A stretch of 23,264 bases of DNA from Octopus sinensis (taxonomy: Eukaryota): assembly GCF_006345805.1 (NCBI RefSeq), contig NW_021823798.1:1-23264 (forward strand), given 5' to 3'. The position numbers and the translations under genes are program-made. The notes beneath the pieces are model-generated. The model made no database searches. It had not been told where the DNA came from and saw only the letters and a program-made list of their open reading frames with translations. Positions within the stretch are counted from its first letter, which is position 1. Every line of letters starts with the position of its first letter. Below, in pieces: positions 1 through 10,222 of the stretch.

Positions 1-32
1 CACACAAAACACACACATACACACACACACAA

Positions 33-403
33 GTCCTGGGGGTCGACTTGCCAAAACTCTCCAGTTCCCTCCGTGTTTTGCCGCATGCATACTACCAACC
101 AAGTTCTGACCCCAGTCCATTGTTTGCTGTTATCAGTTCACAAACGTCTCTAACAGCCTCTTTCTCTTTTCCCCTCCACTCTTCCTGTCAGGATGATCTT
201 GGACAATGATTCGTGAGGCATTGTTTGTCCAAATTACAATAGATTTGTGAACTTGATTCTCTACAATAGATATCTTTGGTCTTTCAGCTTTTCTAGCACT
301 GCAGCATTTGTCACCTTATTTTCCCAGTTTATTCTGCCCAATCTGCGCCAAATCCTAATTTCAAAGGCAGCTATCTTTTTGCCTCGTTTTTCAGTACATT
401 GCC
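33..403 (-). mobile_element. Decayed RTE-clade LINE, 3' end of the RT ORF (pseudogenised)
   Basis: Manual minus-strand translation gives KIAAFEIRIWRRLGRINWENKVTNAAVLEKL...FGQTMPHESLSKIILTGRVEGKRERG..RR..TDNSKQWTG with several in-frame stops. This matches the C-terminal RTE/BovB-type pattern (AFE..WRR...I.W...VTN..VL; G..EGKR.RG). It ends in a (TG)n tract (1-31 on + is CA-rich). Confidence 0.85.
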
Positions 404-405
404 TC

Positions 406-608
406 TTAACCCTTTTATTACCATATTTCTGCTGAGATGCTCTGTGTTTCTTTCAATTAATTTTAAATATAACAAAGAATTTAGTAAAATAACTTAGCTA
501 TCATTAAGCTAGTGTTAGGAACATAAATTGTGACTAAAGTTTGGTAGAAGATTTAAATTCAAAACTTATGAAAACAAGACAGAGCCTGAGGCGGTTTCAG
601 CCGGGTTC
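406..608 (+). mobile_element. piggyBac-like MITE remnant (left end TTAA|CCCTTT..., right TIR lost), interrupting the RTE fragment
   Basis: TTAA at 406-409 is followed by CCCTTTTATTACC and an AT-rich body. The reverse complement of the same terminal motif (GGTAACGAAAGGGTT) occurs at 16544-16559. It resembles an abundant cephalopod MITE from memory. Confidence 0.55.
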
Positions 609-910
609 TCTTTCGCGTGTAACAGTCGGTTGAACGCTTTGTCACATACTGTGTGATATGTCAACTGAGAATTATGTGACAAGTGTTTCATTGAATACTC
701 AGTCGCTTGTTATAATGCAAAATGGATTCTCCATGCAATTCGAAGAGCCAGCCTTCTCACACTTAATGTCACGCTGTTTTGTCAGAGGATTATATGAAAG
801 TTTAAAGTTTCTGTGGAACAGCCATAGACGTAAGCAGAGAAGCCTCCGGTTATGTTTACTATATACGTAATTACTGTGGCTTTATCAATATTTGCTTTCT
901 TACAACTCAC

Positions 911-926
911 CTCGTATTGGATTTAT
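911..926 (-). other. Candidate 16-nt microexon of an unidentified minus-strand transcript
   Basis: Minus strand reads ttcatttttttttttcttccacAG|ATAAATCCAATACGAG|GTGAGT: a long polypyrimidine tract with a CAG acceptor, and a consensus GAG|GTGAGT donor. Confidence 0.5.
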
Positions 927-1188
927 CTGTGGAAGAAAAAAAAAAATGAAAGATATAATACGATATGTTTAAGAAACGGGTACAGACTGAACATCTGAAA
1001 TATCCTATCAAAATATAATTCCCAACGGTAGACACATCTTTAGCAATTTAACTCGCTCGTGTATTGATACATGAACAAACAGCTCTGAACTATATCCCGC
1101 TTTTCTCTCTATCTTTCACACAAATATCTACTTTTCACTTCACTCTCCGTTCTCTCTATATTTATCTATCATAAATTAATATATATAT

Positions 1189-1219
<31 letters not shown>

Positions 1220-1555
1220 TATATATATAGCATGAAAGTATATAGACTGTTGCAGACCACTCCCGCGAGAAACGAAAACAATAAGCTGTGAGGTTTTATA
1301 AAATATTGCTTATCAATCAATAACCTTTACCGAATCAATATGTCTGCATATTTTTCAATCAATTGCCGCGTATGTTATGGCTTTTCTGCTTTTCTGTTTT
1401 CTTGTTCTCTTTTGGCAATATATCATTAAATATATATTAAACACACATATATATACACATATATATGCGTGTACACGCACACACATATATATACCTGTTT
1501 ATATGCATATATAATACACAAGTATTATATGCATGTACATGTATATACATATGCA

Positions 1556-1599
<44 letters not shown>

Positions 1600-2036
1600 G
1601 TATGTGTATTGGTACAGTACTAATATAGCGTGGTTATGAATAAATATTTATACGGAAATCATGCAATCGATGTGTTTAATAAACATATATTCAGTCTGGT
1701 TTTGAAAATACACTTTATGGATAGAATGTAGAAGTTTCGGCCTCTGGCAGTGGCAATTAAACCGACTAATTTTGTCTTTCATAAAACTCATCAGGTATCT
1801 CTTACTTCGTTTTCTAGCTGCCAAAGTATAGAAGCAATAGATGATTCAATGCAGATCCGTTAAGTTTTACTGATTGAAAAGAAATCCAGTTTAGAAATCA
1901 CATGTTTTTTTTTTAGACGTTCTTCGCTCTTTAAGTCATTACAGATCTGCATTGAACTCTGTTTTACTGTCATGCTTATATCGATAGATTGAATATATAC
2001 ATTTCTTCTTCCTGTCGTAAGTTAGAGTTTTACCGT

Positions 2037-2218
2037 ATCAGGACAATTACCCCACGAGGACAATTATACCCCACCCTAGGACAGTTCCTCCTGACGAAAA
2101 CTACTCCCGACAATTCATATATCAAGAAGTTTTAAATCATCATCTGTTGCCCTCAGGGGTGCTTGTTCTTGGTGGGGTTATTGTCCATGAGGTGAGGCGG
2201 GTGGTAAATGTCCTAGAC
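2037..2218. repeat. Small foldback/MITE-like element with reiterated subterminal motifs
   Basis: Left arm carries repeated GGACAATTA(C/T)-CCC-type motifs (2041, 2058, 2079). Right arm carries their inverse (GGGGTTATTGTCC ~2174-2187, GGTAAATGTCCT ~2203-2214). Confidence 0.6.
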
Positions 2219-2378
2219 TCAGTTTTACCAGTATATTGAAATATGTACTTCGTGTAGTAGTACGGAAAATGACTTGATAAGTTGCTTTTTAGTAGAAATG
2301 TTCTGAGGCCTGAGATGTCATTCTCGTTACACACACACAACACAACCACAACACACACACACATATATATATATTATT

Positions 2379-2420
<42 letters not shown>

Positions 2421-2974
2421 TACATATATGTAATAAACCTTGTATAAACTTAATGTACGTATATCTCTGAAGGAAACGTTAGTCAAGTACAGAGCGGTAA
2501 AAAGAAAAGGTTGACTAAAGAATAAGCGATTATCTTATGTACTTCATCAGCTTACAGCTGTTTCCACTATATATATGAGGTATGCATTATATATATATAT
2601 TATATAACGATATATATATCTTATTATATATATATATAATATATATATATATAATATGATATATATATATATATAATATATTATAATATATATATATATA
2701 ATATATCTAATATATATATATTATATATATCTATATATATATATATATATATATATATAGATATATATATATATACATTGTTACGTCATGAGAATTTAGT
2801 ACTTCGAAGATGTGAAATAATTCATTATTAACGATGGAATGCAGAGTAGAAAAAAAGCGATGAATAAAGCGTGTAAATATTGGGGTAAAGACCCTTGGAT
2901 GGAAAATGTGTGTACATGCACACGTGTTTGTGAGTGCGTGTGTATATTTGTATATTTGTACAGACACAATAAGC

Positions 2975-3121
2975 TCTTCTACACAATTATGTCTACCTAG
3001 TTCCACTCACAAAGAATCGATCAACCCATGAGAGAAAAACATTTGCGCAAGATGCCGCAGAGTGAGATCGAAACGAGAAGGATGTAGCGACAAAACGAAA
3101 TTCATAACCACACGGCCATGC
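2975..3121 (-). mobile_element. Old, diverged 5' half of SINE family B (tRNA head + CORE-like)
   Basis: Aligns by eye to 12385-12533: TCCACTCACAAAG, CATTTGCGCAAGATGCCGCAGAGTGAGATCGAA, ACCACACGGCCATGC. Confidence 0.65.
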
Positions 3122-3244
3122 TAGCACCCACTATAGAGAAAATTCACTTGAAGGTAGCACTGCTTTAAGTGATGCATAAAGAAATTTGTAAAGACTTTAT
3201 CAGAATGATAAAATCCTCTTTTATCTATTTTAGGCTTAAAACCT

Positions 3245-3780
3245 ACGACTAACGTGAAGTACATTAGATAAATAGTTTTCTGGGTTGTTATGTTAACCCG
3301 GTGACTCTACTTTAATAAGCTATGTAACTACCGTTTATTACACGAGATAGACATTGTTTTGAATAGCCATGTTATCTCGGCTTCTGACTTACCATTACAT
3401 TAACCTACTGTTTATTGTATAAAACAGACGTTCTCTTGGATAGACCTGTTAGCCCGTTGGCGTTAGTTAAATAAACTAATTGACGACTATTTATTTCATG
3501 AAATACATATTCTTCTCTTAGTCGTGTTACCAAGATAACCTTATATTTAGAATCAATTAAATTTTTGTGTAGTACATTAAAGAAATATTCTTCCTGGTAA
3601 ACATGTCTATCCAGAAGAATATCTATTGAGTAATACATGTCCTCTCGATGGCATTAGATTTACAATCCTTCTGACTATTTTTTACTACATAATATAGACA
3701 TTCTTGGTAGTCACGTTACCTAATGACGCTAGATTTACAGTCGGTCTTACTACCATTTGCTTCATAAGATTGGCATTCTG
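3245..3780. repeat. Degenerate ~78-bp tandem array (~7 units)
   Basis: Recurring TGTTA/CGTTA at 3292, 3371, 3448, 3526, (3605), 3715 and ACTA..TTTATT....A.AT.GACATT at ~3327, 3405, 3484, 3673, 3749. Spacing is 77-79 bp. Confidence 0.65.
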
Positions 3781-3849
3781 TAGGATGGGTTCCACTTTAA
3801 GAATAAAAAATGCATTAAAGGCTAATTGAAATATAAATTAAGGAGTTTC

Positions 3850-4030
3850 CCACTCTGTCGCTCGACCTACAAGAATAAAAAGTCGAAACGTCCTTCAAAG
3901 TAAAGCTTACGGCCTTAGAAAGGAATGGCGGATATGATAATGTGCTAATGCATTATTGAATCTGGAAAAGTGCCGAGTCACGGTCAAAATGTCTTTACCT
4001 AGAACTAAGCAAAAACAACAACAACAACAG
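3850..4030 (+). mobile_element. Old interspersed repeat family D with (CAA)n tail
   Basis: GTCGCTCGACCT..AGAATA...; ends CCTAGAACTAAGCAAAAACAACAAC. Diverged homology to 5700-5899, 6040-6200, 18050-18230 and the minus-strand copies at 22350-23264. Confidence 0.5.
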
Positions 4031-4082
4031 CATCAATAATAATAATAACAATAATAATAATAATAATGATGATGATGATAAT

Positions 4083-4454
4083 TTTGTCTCAAGGGCAGCC
4101 ATTTTGGGGAAGGGGATGAGTCGATTACATTGAACCAGTGTCTCACTGGTACTAAATCTATCGACCCCGAAAGGATGAAAGGCAAATTTGACCTCGGCGG
4201 AATTTGAACTCAGAACGTAAAGACAGACGATATACCTATTTCTTTACTACCCACAAGGGGCTAAACACAGAGAGGACAAACAGATTAAGTCGATTATATC
4301 GACCCCAGTGCGTAACGGTGCTTATTTAATCGGCCCCGAAAGGATGAAAGGCAAAGTCGACCTCGGCGGAATTTGAACTCAGAACGAAGCGGCAGACGAA
4401 ATACCGTTAAGCATTTCGCCCGGCGTGCTAACGTTTCTGCCAACTTACCGCCTT
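4083..4454 (-). mobile_element. SINE family A dimer: full copy (4237-4454) joined to a headless copy with a different tail (4083-4236)
   Basis: tRNA-like head (TGGCAGAAACGTTAGC A-box-like; GAGTTCAAATTCC B box) and central GCCTTTCATCCTTTCGGGG.CGAT domain. The B box and central domain are present twice. Flanked by (TAA)n on both sides. Confidence 0.9.
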
Positions 4455-4456
4455 AG

Positions 4457-4457
<1 letters not shown>

Positions 4458-4521
<64 letters not shown>
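4458..4521. repeat. (TAA)n microsatellite
   Basis: Perfect trinucleotide run abutting the SINE A head. Confidence 0.95.
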
Positions 4522-5115
4522 CTTTCTTTTTCCGTAGAGCTTTCTGATGAAGGTGATATAAGTACAGTTTACGATTTTCGTGCCGATTTACGTAAGGAAT
4601 GTGAGGGGGAAAGGAAAGAATGGGGAGAGGGGGTAAAAATGTATCTAAATGTACATAGTATACAAAACATGTAAATACATGGATGATGCAGTCCTCCTGA
4701 TACAAGACAGCCTCCAACTAGGGCTAATCAAAGAACCCCTACAGACCCAGCGTCACTCTGAACACGAAGGACACGAACCCTCGCCAAGCTGTTATTCTCC
4801 ATTCTGCTTATTCCAAGCAGAACTTGAAGAAGCCGATGAGGACTTGACTGAAAACGATATCTGTCCTCAACAATTTCAACCTCGTTCATCACACAACTTT
4901 TTTTTCTGCTTGGTTACGAGACGAAATAACATTGCCTGCAACACATTAAAGGCAGGCGGTTGGGCGAACCTACAATGGACTCGGAAAGCATAAAGTTTCG
5001 TACTACATCTGATAACAGCTGTTCCACATAACTCCTCGAGTCATCAATACTCGGACACTACATGAGTGTGTGCCGTACGACTTTGTTGCTCTATGCACAT
5101 TTCAGACAGTCTCAC

Positions 5116-5352
5116 CTATTTTTTTACCACCCACAAGTGGCCAAACACAGAAGGGACAAACAAGAACAGACAAACGGATTAAGTCGATTACATCGACCCC
5201 AGTGCGTAACTGGTACTTAATTTAATCGATCCCGAAAGGATGAAAGGTAAAGTCGACCTCGGCGGAATTTGAACTCAGAACGTAACAGCAGACGAAATAC
5301 GGTTACGTATTTCGCCCGGCGTGCTAACGTTTCTGCCAGCTCGCCGCCTTCC
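5116..5352 (-). mobile_element. SINE family A, full-length, with 14-bp target-site duplication
   Basis: Complete head-body-tail. TSD TCAGACAGTCTCAC at 5102-5115 and 5353-5366. Confidence 0.95.
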
Positions 5353-5699
5353 TCAGACAGTCTCACTTGGCGGCACTTCCATGCCTGTAGATTTCACCTT
5401 ATACCAATGAACACTTTTCACTACCAGACCCCGAGTTTCTAAAAGTTATTTCTAGAAATCGCCGGCCCAAAAGCCCCACGCAACAGACAAACCAGTTCGG
5501 CCGGTTCCATTGAGGACAGTGAGGTGTTTTGAGATTGGTATTTGGATGTTAAATATCATGGAAAGAGACCCTGTGAGACCCTTGTCAGTAGGCTGTTGGC
5601 CGCTCCTACAAAACCAGCCGGAGCAAGTAAAATCAAGAGCTCTGGAAAGTGAAATGAAAATGAGAATAACAACAACACTGAACCACTGAAAAAGCATCT

Positions 5700-6200
5700 A
5701 CCTTCTGACTTGTCCTACTCTATATAATTTCCAAATCTATTTCCTCTAATATCTTACCATCTTAATATAACAAAGACATACAGAATTATATAGCCTTAGG
5801 TACACAATGCATAAAAAAGACAAGACAATCCAAGTTAAAATTCTCTTTGATCATAGATCTACTCAATTAGTGCTGACCTGGGGTTAAGCAACAACAACTA
5901 TAATATCGACCGCTATTGTAGTCTTGTTTCTTTTTATTTTTCAGTAACTCGTTAACCTGACGTTCTTTAGTATAACCAATTTTGAATATCGATATTGACA
6001 GCGACAACAACAACAGCAATCACTAGTCAACTTAGAAACCTCAATTTGGTTGCTCGACATGCTATATATATAGAAGCTAGATTTTCCTCAGATTGCACCC
6101 TGTTGTCTTAGGAATGAAACGGTGACATTCGATAATGTTGTCCTACGTAGCTCTAAAATGAGATTGTCACTTGTTCAATATCTTCATTTTGATCGTAGGT
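5700..6200 (+). mobile_element. Two diverged family D repeat copies (about 5700-5899 and 6040-6200)
   Basis: 3' motif TTTGATCATAG.TCT.CTC.AT.AG.GCTGACCTGGGG.TAAGCAACAAC at 5846-5899; TGCTCGAC.TGCTA...GATTGCACCCTGTTGTCTTA...TTTGATCGTAGG at 6051-6200. Confidence 0.5.
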
Positions 6201-6202
6201 TT

Positions 6203-6240
<38 letters not shown>

Positions 6241-6643
6241 AGTTGTTCTAGGATTAAATCACGACAATAACAACCAGAAAAAACCGGACGTGGACATACA
6301 TAGATGTAGTTAGAGACTGTAAAATAGAAGTCTGACAAAACTGTCTAAGTATTGTTTTTATGTGGACAATATTAATTGTGTCAGGAAATTGGGAAAGATA
6401 TAAAAGAAGGCAGAGATTAGTGAAGGAAGTTTGATAAAAATTGATGATAATGGTGGAACGATAGATAAAGCTAAGATCGCCATATTTGCTAATGCAATTG
6501 TTTGCGCCTGAAGACGGTTTCCGTAGTTTTTCTTTACTTTATTTTATTTTATTCGTATTTTTCGTTTTGTATAAGAAATGAGTGAAAGGATTATATTTTT
6601 ATTCATTTCTTCTCCTTCTAAGGTTTCTTTTGAAATGTCGAAA

Positions 6644-6689
<46 letters not shown>

Positions 6690-6808
6690 AAGTAAGGTAA
6701 CAAGCATAGAGGAAAAGGAAAAAGAAGAAGGTGAAAGGGAGAGAGAAGAAAGAGAGAGAGAATTTTAAAAAGATTATAAGTCTTAGTTAGATAAGCAAGA
6801 GAAATTGA

Positions 6809-7006
6809 AAATAAAGCTAGAAGAAAAAAATAAAGCTAGAAGAATGAATAACAAAGAATGGTATGTATGTATGTATGTATGTATGTATGTATGTATGTAT
6901 GTATGTATGTATCTATATAAACAAACAAATAAAGCTAGAAGAATGAATAACAAAGAATGGTATATATGTATGTATGTATGTATGTATATATCTATATAAA
7001 CAAACA
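6809..7006 (+). repeat. Local tandem duplication (~99-bp unit) containing (GTAT)n
   Basis: AAATAAAGCTAGAAGAATGAATAACAAAGAATGGTAT at 6828 and 6927, each followed by (GTAT)n and ATCTATATAAACAAACA. A partial third copy starts at 6809. Confidence 0.9.
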
Positions 7007-7441
7007 CACATGAGTATGTGTGTGTAGGTGTGCGCACGTGTGTATGTATGTATTTTATATATATATATATTCTCATTTAATTAAAATTATTCTTTTTGCC
7101 TGTGCTATTTTCCGGTTAACATTTTTCTATCTGATGTCGCTTCCTTCTCGATTCTACTAGTCTATGACGTCACTTTCGCCCACATTGATCACACCGATTC
7201 CCCTATCATTAACATAACCACAACACCATAATCAACATCATCCTCTTGATCTTTTATCTTCGTAAAGAGAAGAAATACATCGGCAAACGTAGTCCCCGAT
7301 ATAGATGCATTACTATGAAAACATTTTAAGGTGGGATCGTCACGACTGGAATGCAATGATTGGATAATCTCAATCAGAGTTATCTTGGGGATAAACAACA
7401 AGAGCAACATCACACGCATACATGTACACACATGGCCTAGT

Positions 7442-7747
7442 GGAGGCACATGGCGTAGTGGTTAGAGCAGCGGACTTGCGGTCGAGGGATCGCGGGTCTG
7501 AATCTCAGACCGGGCGATGTGTGTGTTTATGAGCGAAACACCTAAACTCCACGCGGCTCTGGCAGAAGGTAATGGCGAACTTCTGCTGACAATTTCGCCA
7601 CAACTTTCTCTCACTCTTTCCTCCTGCATTTTGCAGTTCACCTGCGACGGATCAGCATCCCGTCCAGGTGGGGGAACCTATACTCCAAGGAAACCAGGAA
7701 ACCGGCCCTTATCAGCTAGGCATGGCTCGAGAAGGAAGGAACAAACT
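7442..7747 (+). mobile_element. tRNA-derived SINE family C with V-domain-like 3' part
   Basis: Head GGAGGCACATGGCGTAGTGGTTAGAGCAGCGGAC...GGGTCTGAATCTC (A/B boxes). 3' CCTGCGACGGATCAGCATCCCGTCCAGG...GGAAACCGGCCC is shared with 14616-14865. Confidence 0.8.
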
Positions 7748-7753
7748 TATTCA

Positions 7754-7837
7754 TAAAATAAGTACCAGTCCAGCACTGAGACCGATGTAAACGACTCGTT
7801 CCTTCTTCCTCAAATTTCAGGCCGTGTACCTATAGCA
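7754..7837 (+). mobile_element. 3' fragment of SINE family A (tail type 2)
   Basis: ATAAAATAAGTACCAGT...CGATGTAAACGACT...AAATTTCAGGCCGTGTACCTATAG matches 9680-9770 and 9960-10049. Confidence 0.75.
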
Positions 7838-7844
7838 TGCCATC

Positions 7845-8371
7845 GAAATGACACTGCGGTACAAATATACGAAGCCCAATATATACCCATCATAACTACC
7901 CGTCTGATAAGGGCACACTAGGCACATGCATCACATTCGTATGTGCGCGACATGGTGAACTCATGTAAAGATAAACAGTGCATGACCTTGCAGGTGGGGC
8001 CCAGTTTAAATTTTCTCCTGGTCGAGTAGCCCATTGAACTCAAAAAAGTCCCCAAATAAGGGTTGTTTAAGGATGTTGAACGAAATATACAGGTTTCCAG
8101 AGGCGAATTATTCTCACTCCAAAGAGTTCCTCTCAACACACGGCTATGATACTCCCCCACTACTTCTGCTCGTAACCAGAGATGCACATATCGCCAGCCA
8201 CAAAAGGACGTGCTCAACTAGTTAAGGTCAAGCAAATGACAGGCAAATCTTTGGTATTGAGCAGAATATTTGCTGTAGCCCATCTTTTATACCAAGATGA
8301 AACATATACATGATAACACTGACAATCAGTTAAGATCAGAAGCCATGAGAGCCAGTGCCTAGTGCTGCATC
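7845..8371. repeat. Probable interspersed repeat of unclear class
   Basis: GC-richer, non-coding block between SINE and LINE remnants. It resembles a high-copy octopus repeat from memory; there is no second copy in this window. Confidence 0.4.
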
Positions 8372-9555
8372 TATTATTGTCTTTGCACAGCATCTAACGC
8401 TGGAGATGTACTACGGTGTCAGCTGTTCACTACCAGTGAACTAAAGTAACACCCGTTATTTTTCGAGCACCATCTGGAGTATTCGAGTGATTCCAAGTAG
8501 TGTTGTTTTCTGCAAGTGCTCCACCCTTATTGCAGTCCCTATTTGTCCCATGTACTTCTCAAGATTTTTACTCACTATTCCCAGGGCTCCGACAATTATT
8601 GTTCCACCTTTTGTTTTTTCGACCACAACTGCTTAACCTCCCATGTAACCTGTCATATCTATCGACTTTTCTTTCTTCCTTATCGCATACCTTGTTGTCA
8701 GCTGGGCATGCTATATCTATGGTCCAGCATCGTTTGCTTTCTTTCTCAATTAACACTATGTCTGGTTTCCTATTCTCTATGTCATGGTCGCACTGAACCG
8801 TAAAATCCCATAGGATCTTTGAATTATCATTTCCGATGATGCCTTCGTGTTATGTTCGTACCACTTTCTTGCTCTGTCAAGTCCATACTTGTTGCAAAGT
8901 ATCCAATGGACAATCCTTGCTATATTGTCATGACGTCTCTTATATTCTTTCTGGGCTACTGGCGTACATTGACTGGTATTATGCCATTAAGTTTCACCAT
9001 TTTGTCCACAAATTCTTGTCACTTTCTGATGTGTTGTCTATTCTGTATTTGATGTAATTCGTTCTTAATGCCTCCGGTTTTAAATCACTTTTATTCATCC
9101 ATAGCCTTTTTTTTTCTCTGTCTGTCTTATCTTCCACATCCCTATTAAATTGTTCATGTATTCGTTTCTTTATCCACCTATTTTCAGTTTCATTCATTCT
9201 CAAGTCCTTGTACAGTGCTTTGATTTTTGCAATCTCCCATCCTACACGATCCTGCACTTCTTACTTCCAATAATAACGGTTCTGTTACATCTTTTACATA
9301 CCATATTATGCTGTTTTCTTCTACTCTAATGCTGTGTTCGCATCCAATAAGTCCTCTTCCCCCTCACGTTACTTTTTCTTGGTACATAGTCTGTCTGCGT
9401 CACTTTTTGGTTGGAGTATTCCATATCTAGTCGGCAACTCCCTTATCTGTCTACGCTCTTTAGTTCATCTACTGTCCATGCGATTACCCCTGTTCCATAT
9501 CTAAGTAGTGAAACCGCTCAGGTGTTGATAGCTTCAATCTTATTCCATCCGTTTA
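8372..9555 (-). mobile_element. 5'-truncated R4/Dong-like non-LTR retrotransposon (RT thumb, zinc-knuckle region, RLE endonuclease, 3' UTR), frameshifted
   Basis: Minus-strand peptides NGWNKIEAINT*AVSLLRYGTGVIAWTVDELKSVDR; YIKYRIDNTSESD; RRHDNIARIVHWILCNKYG; KILWDFTVQCDHDIENRKPDIVLIEKESKRCWTIDIACPADNKVCDKEERKVDRY (PD..D RLE motif); LQKTTLLGITRILQMVLEK* (stop 8456-8458). The short 3' UTR ends in AATAATA. Confidence 0.9.
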
Positions 9556-9770
9556 AGGCTGAGAGCTGGCCAAATCGTTAGCACGCCGGACGAAGTGCTT
9601 AGCGATATTTCGTCCGTCACTGAGTTCTAAGTTCAAATTCCACCGAGGTCGACTTTACCTTTCATCCTTTCAGGGTCGATAAATTAAGTACGAGTTTTCG
9701 TACCGGGGGTCGATCAAATCGACTGGTCCCCTGCCCCTAGAAAATCTATATTGTGCCTATAGTAGAAAGG

Positions 9771-9821
<51 letters not shown>

Positions 9822-10049
9822 TTATATTATTATTAAGGCGGCAAGCTGGCAGAATCGTTAGCACGCCGGGCAGAATGCTTAGCGGTATTTCGTCTCCTGT
9901 TACGTTCTGAGTTCAAATTCCGCCGAGGTCGATTTTACCTTTCATCCTTTCGGGGTCTATAAATTAAGTAAGTACTGGTTGAGTATTGGGGTCGATTTCA
10001 GGCCTTGTGCCTATAGTCGATTTCAGGCCTTGTGCCTATAGTAGAAAGG

Positions 10050-10090
<41 letters not shown>

Positions 10091-10222
10091 GGTGGCGAGA
10101 TGGCAAGCAAAATGCTTAGTGTCATTTTCGTCCTTGTGTACGGTCTGAGTTCAAATTTCGCCGAAGTCGACTTCGCATTTCATCATTTCGTGGTTTGATA
10201 AAATAAGTACCAGTTGAACACC
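9555..10222 (+). mobile_element. Head-to-tail array of three SINE A copies (9555-9770, 9835-10049, 10091-10222) separated by (ATT)n
   Basis: Each copy starts AAGGC/GGTGGC..GCTGGC or similar and has the GTTCAAATT B box and the TTTCATCCTTT domain. Copies 1 and 2 end GTGCCTATAGTAGAAAGG(ATT)n. Copy 2 carries a 25-bp tandem duplication (9991-10040). Confidence 0.9.

Noticed and set aside
658-870. 70-aa ATG ORF in unique sequence
   Set aside because: No recognisable motif or splice context; its length is compatible with chance.
1725-1800. Minus-strand CTGATGAG ... GGCCGAAAC hammerhead-like pair
   Set aside because: No convincing stem I, stem II or stem III/NUH after GAAAC.
4530-4600. CTGATGAAGG on + and GAAAGCTC on -
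   Set aside because: The two halves are on opposite strands and neither has a partner half nearby.
7165-7172. Perfect CRE palindrome TGACGTCA
   Set aside because: A single 8-mer is unremarkable in 23 kb and has no supporting promoter context.
7442-7515. tRNA gene candidates at SINE heads (also 12460-12533, 14790-14865)
   Set aside because: A/B boxes are present, but there is no complete cloverleaf and each continues into a SINE body.
8500-9430. Plus-strand ORFs over the LINE
   Set aside because: They are antisense shadows of the minus-strand retrotransposon frame.
9555-10222. CRISPR-like repeat/spacer appearance
   Set aside because: Units are ~200-bp SINEs separated by microsatellites in eukaryotic DNA; no cas genes.
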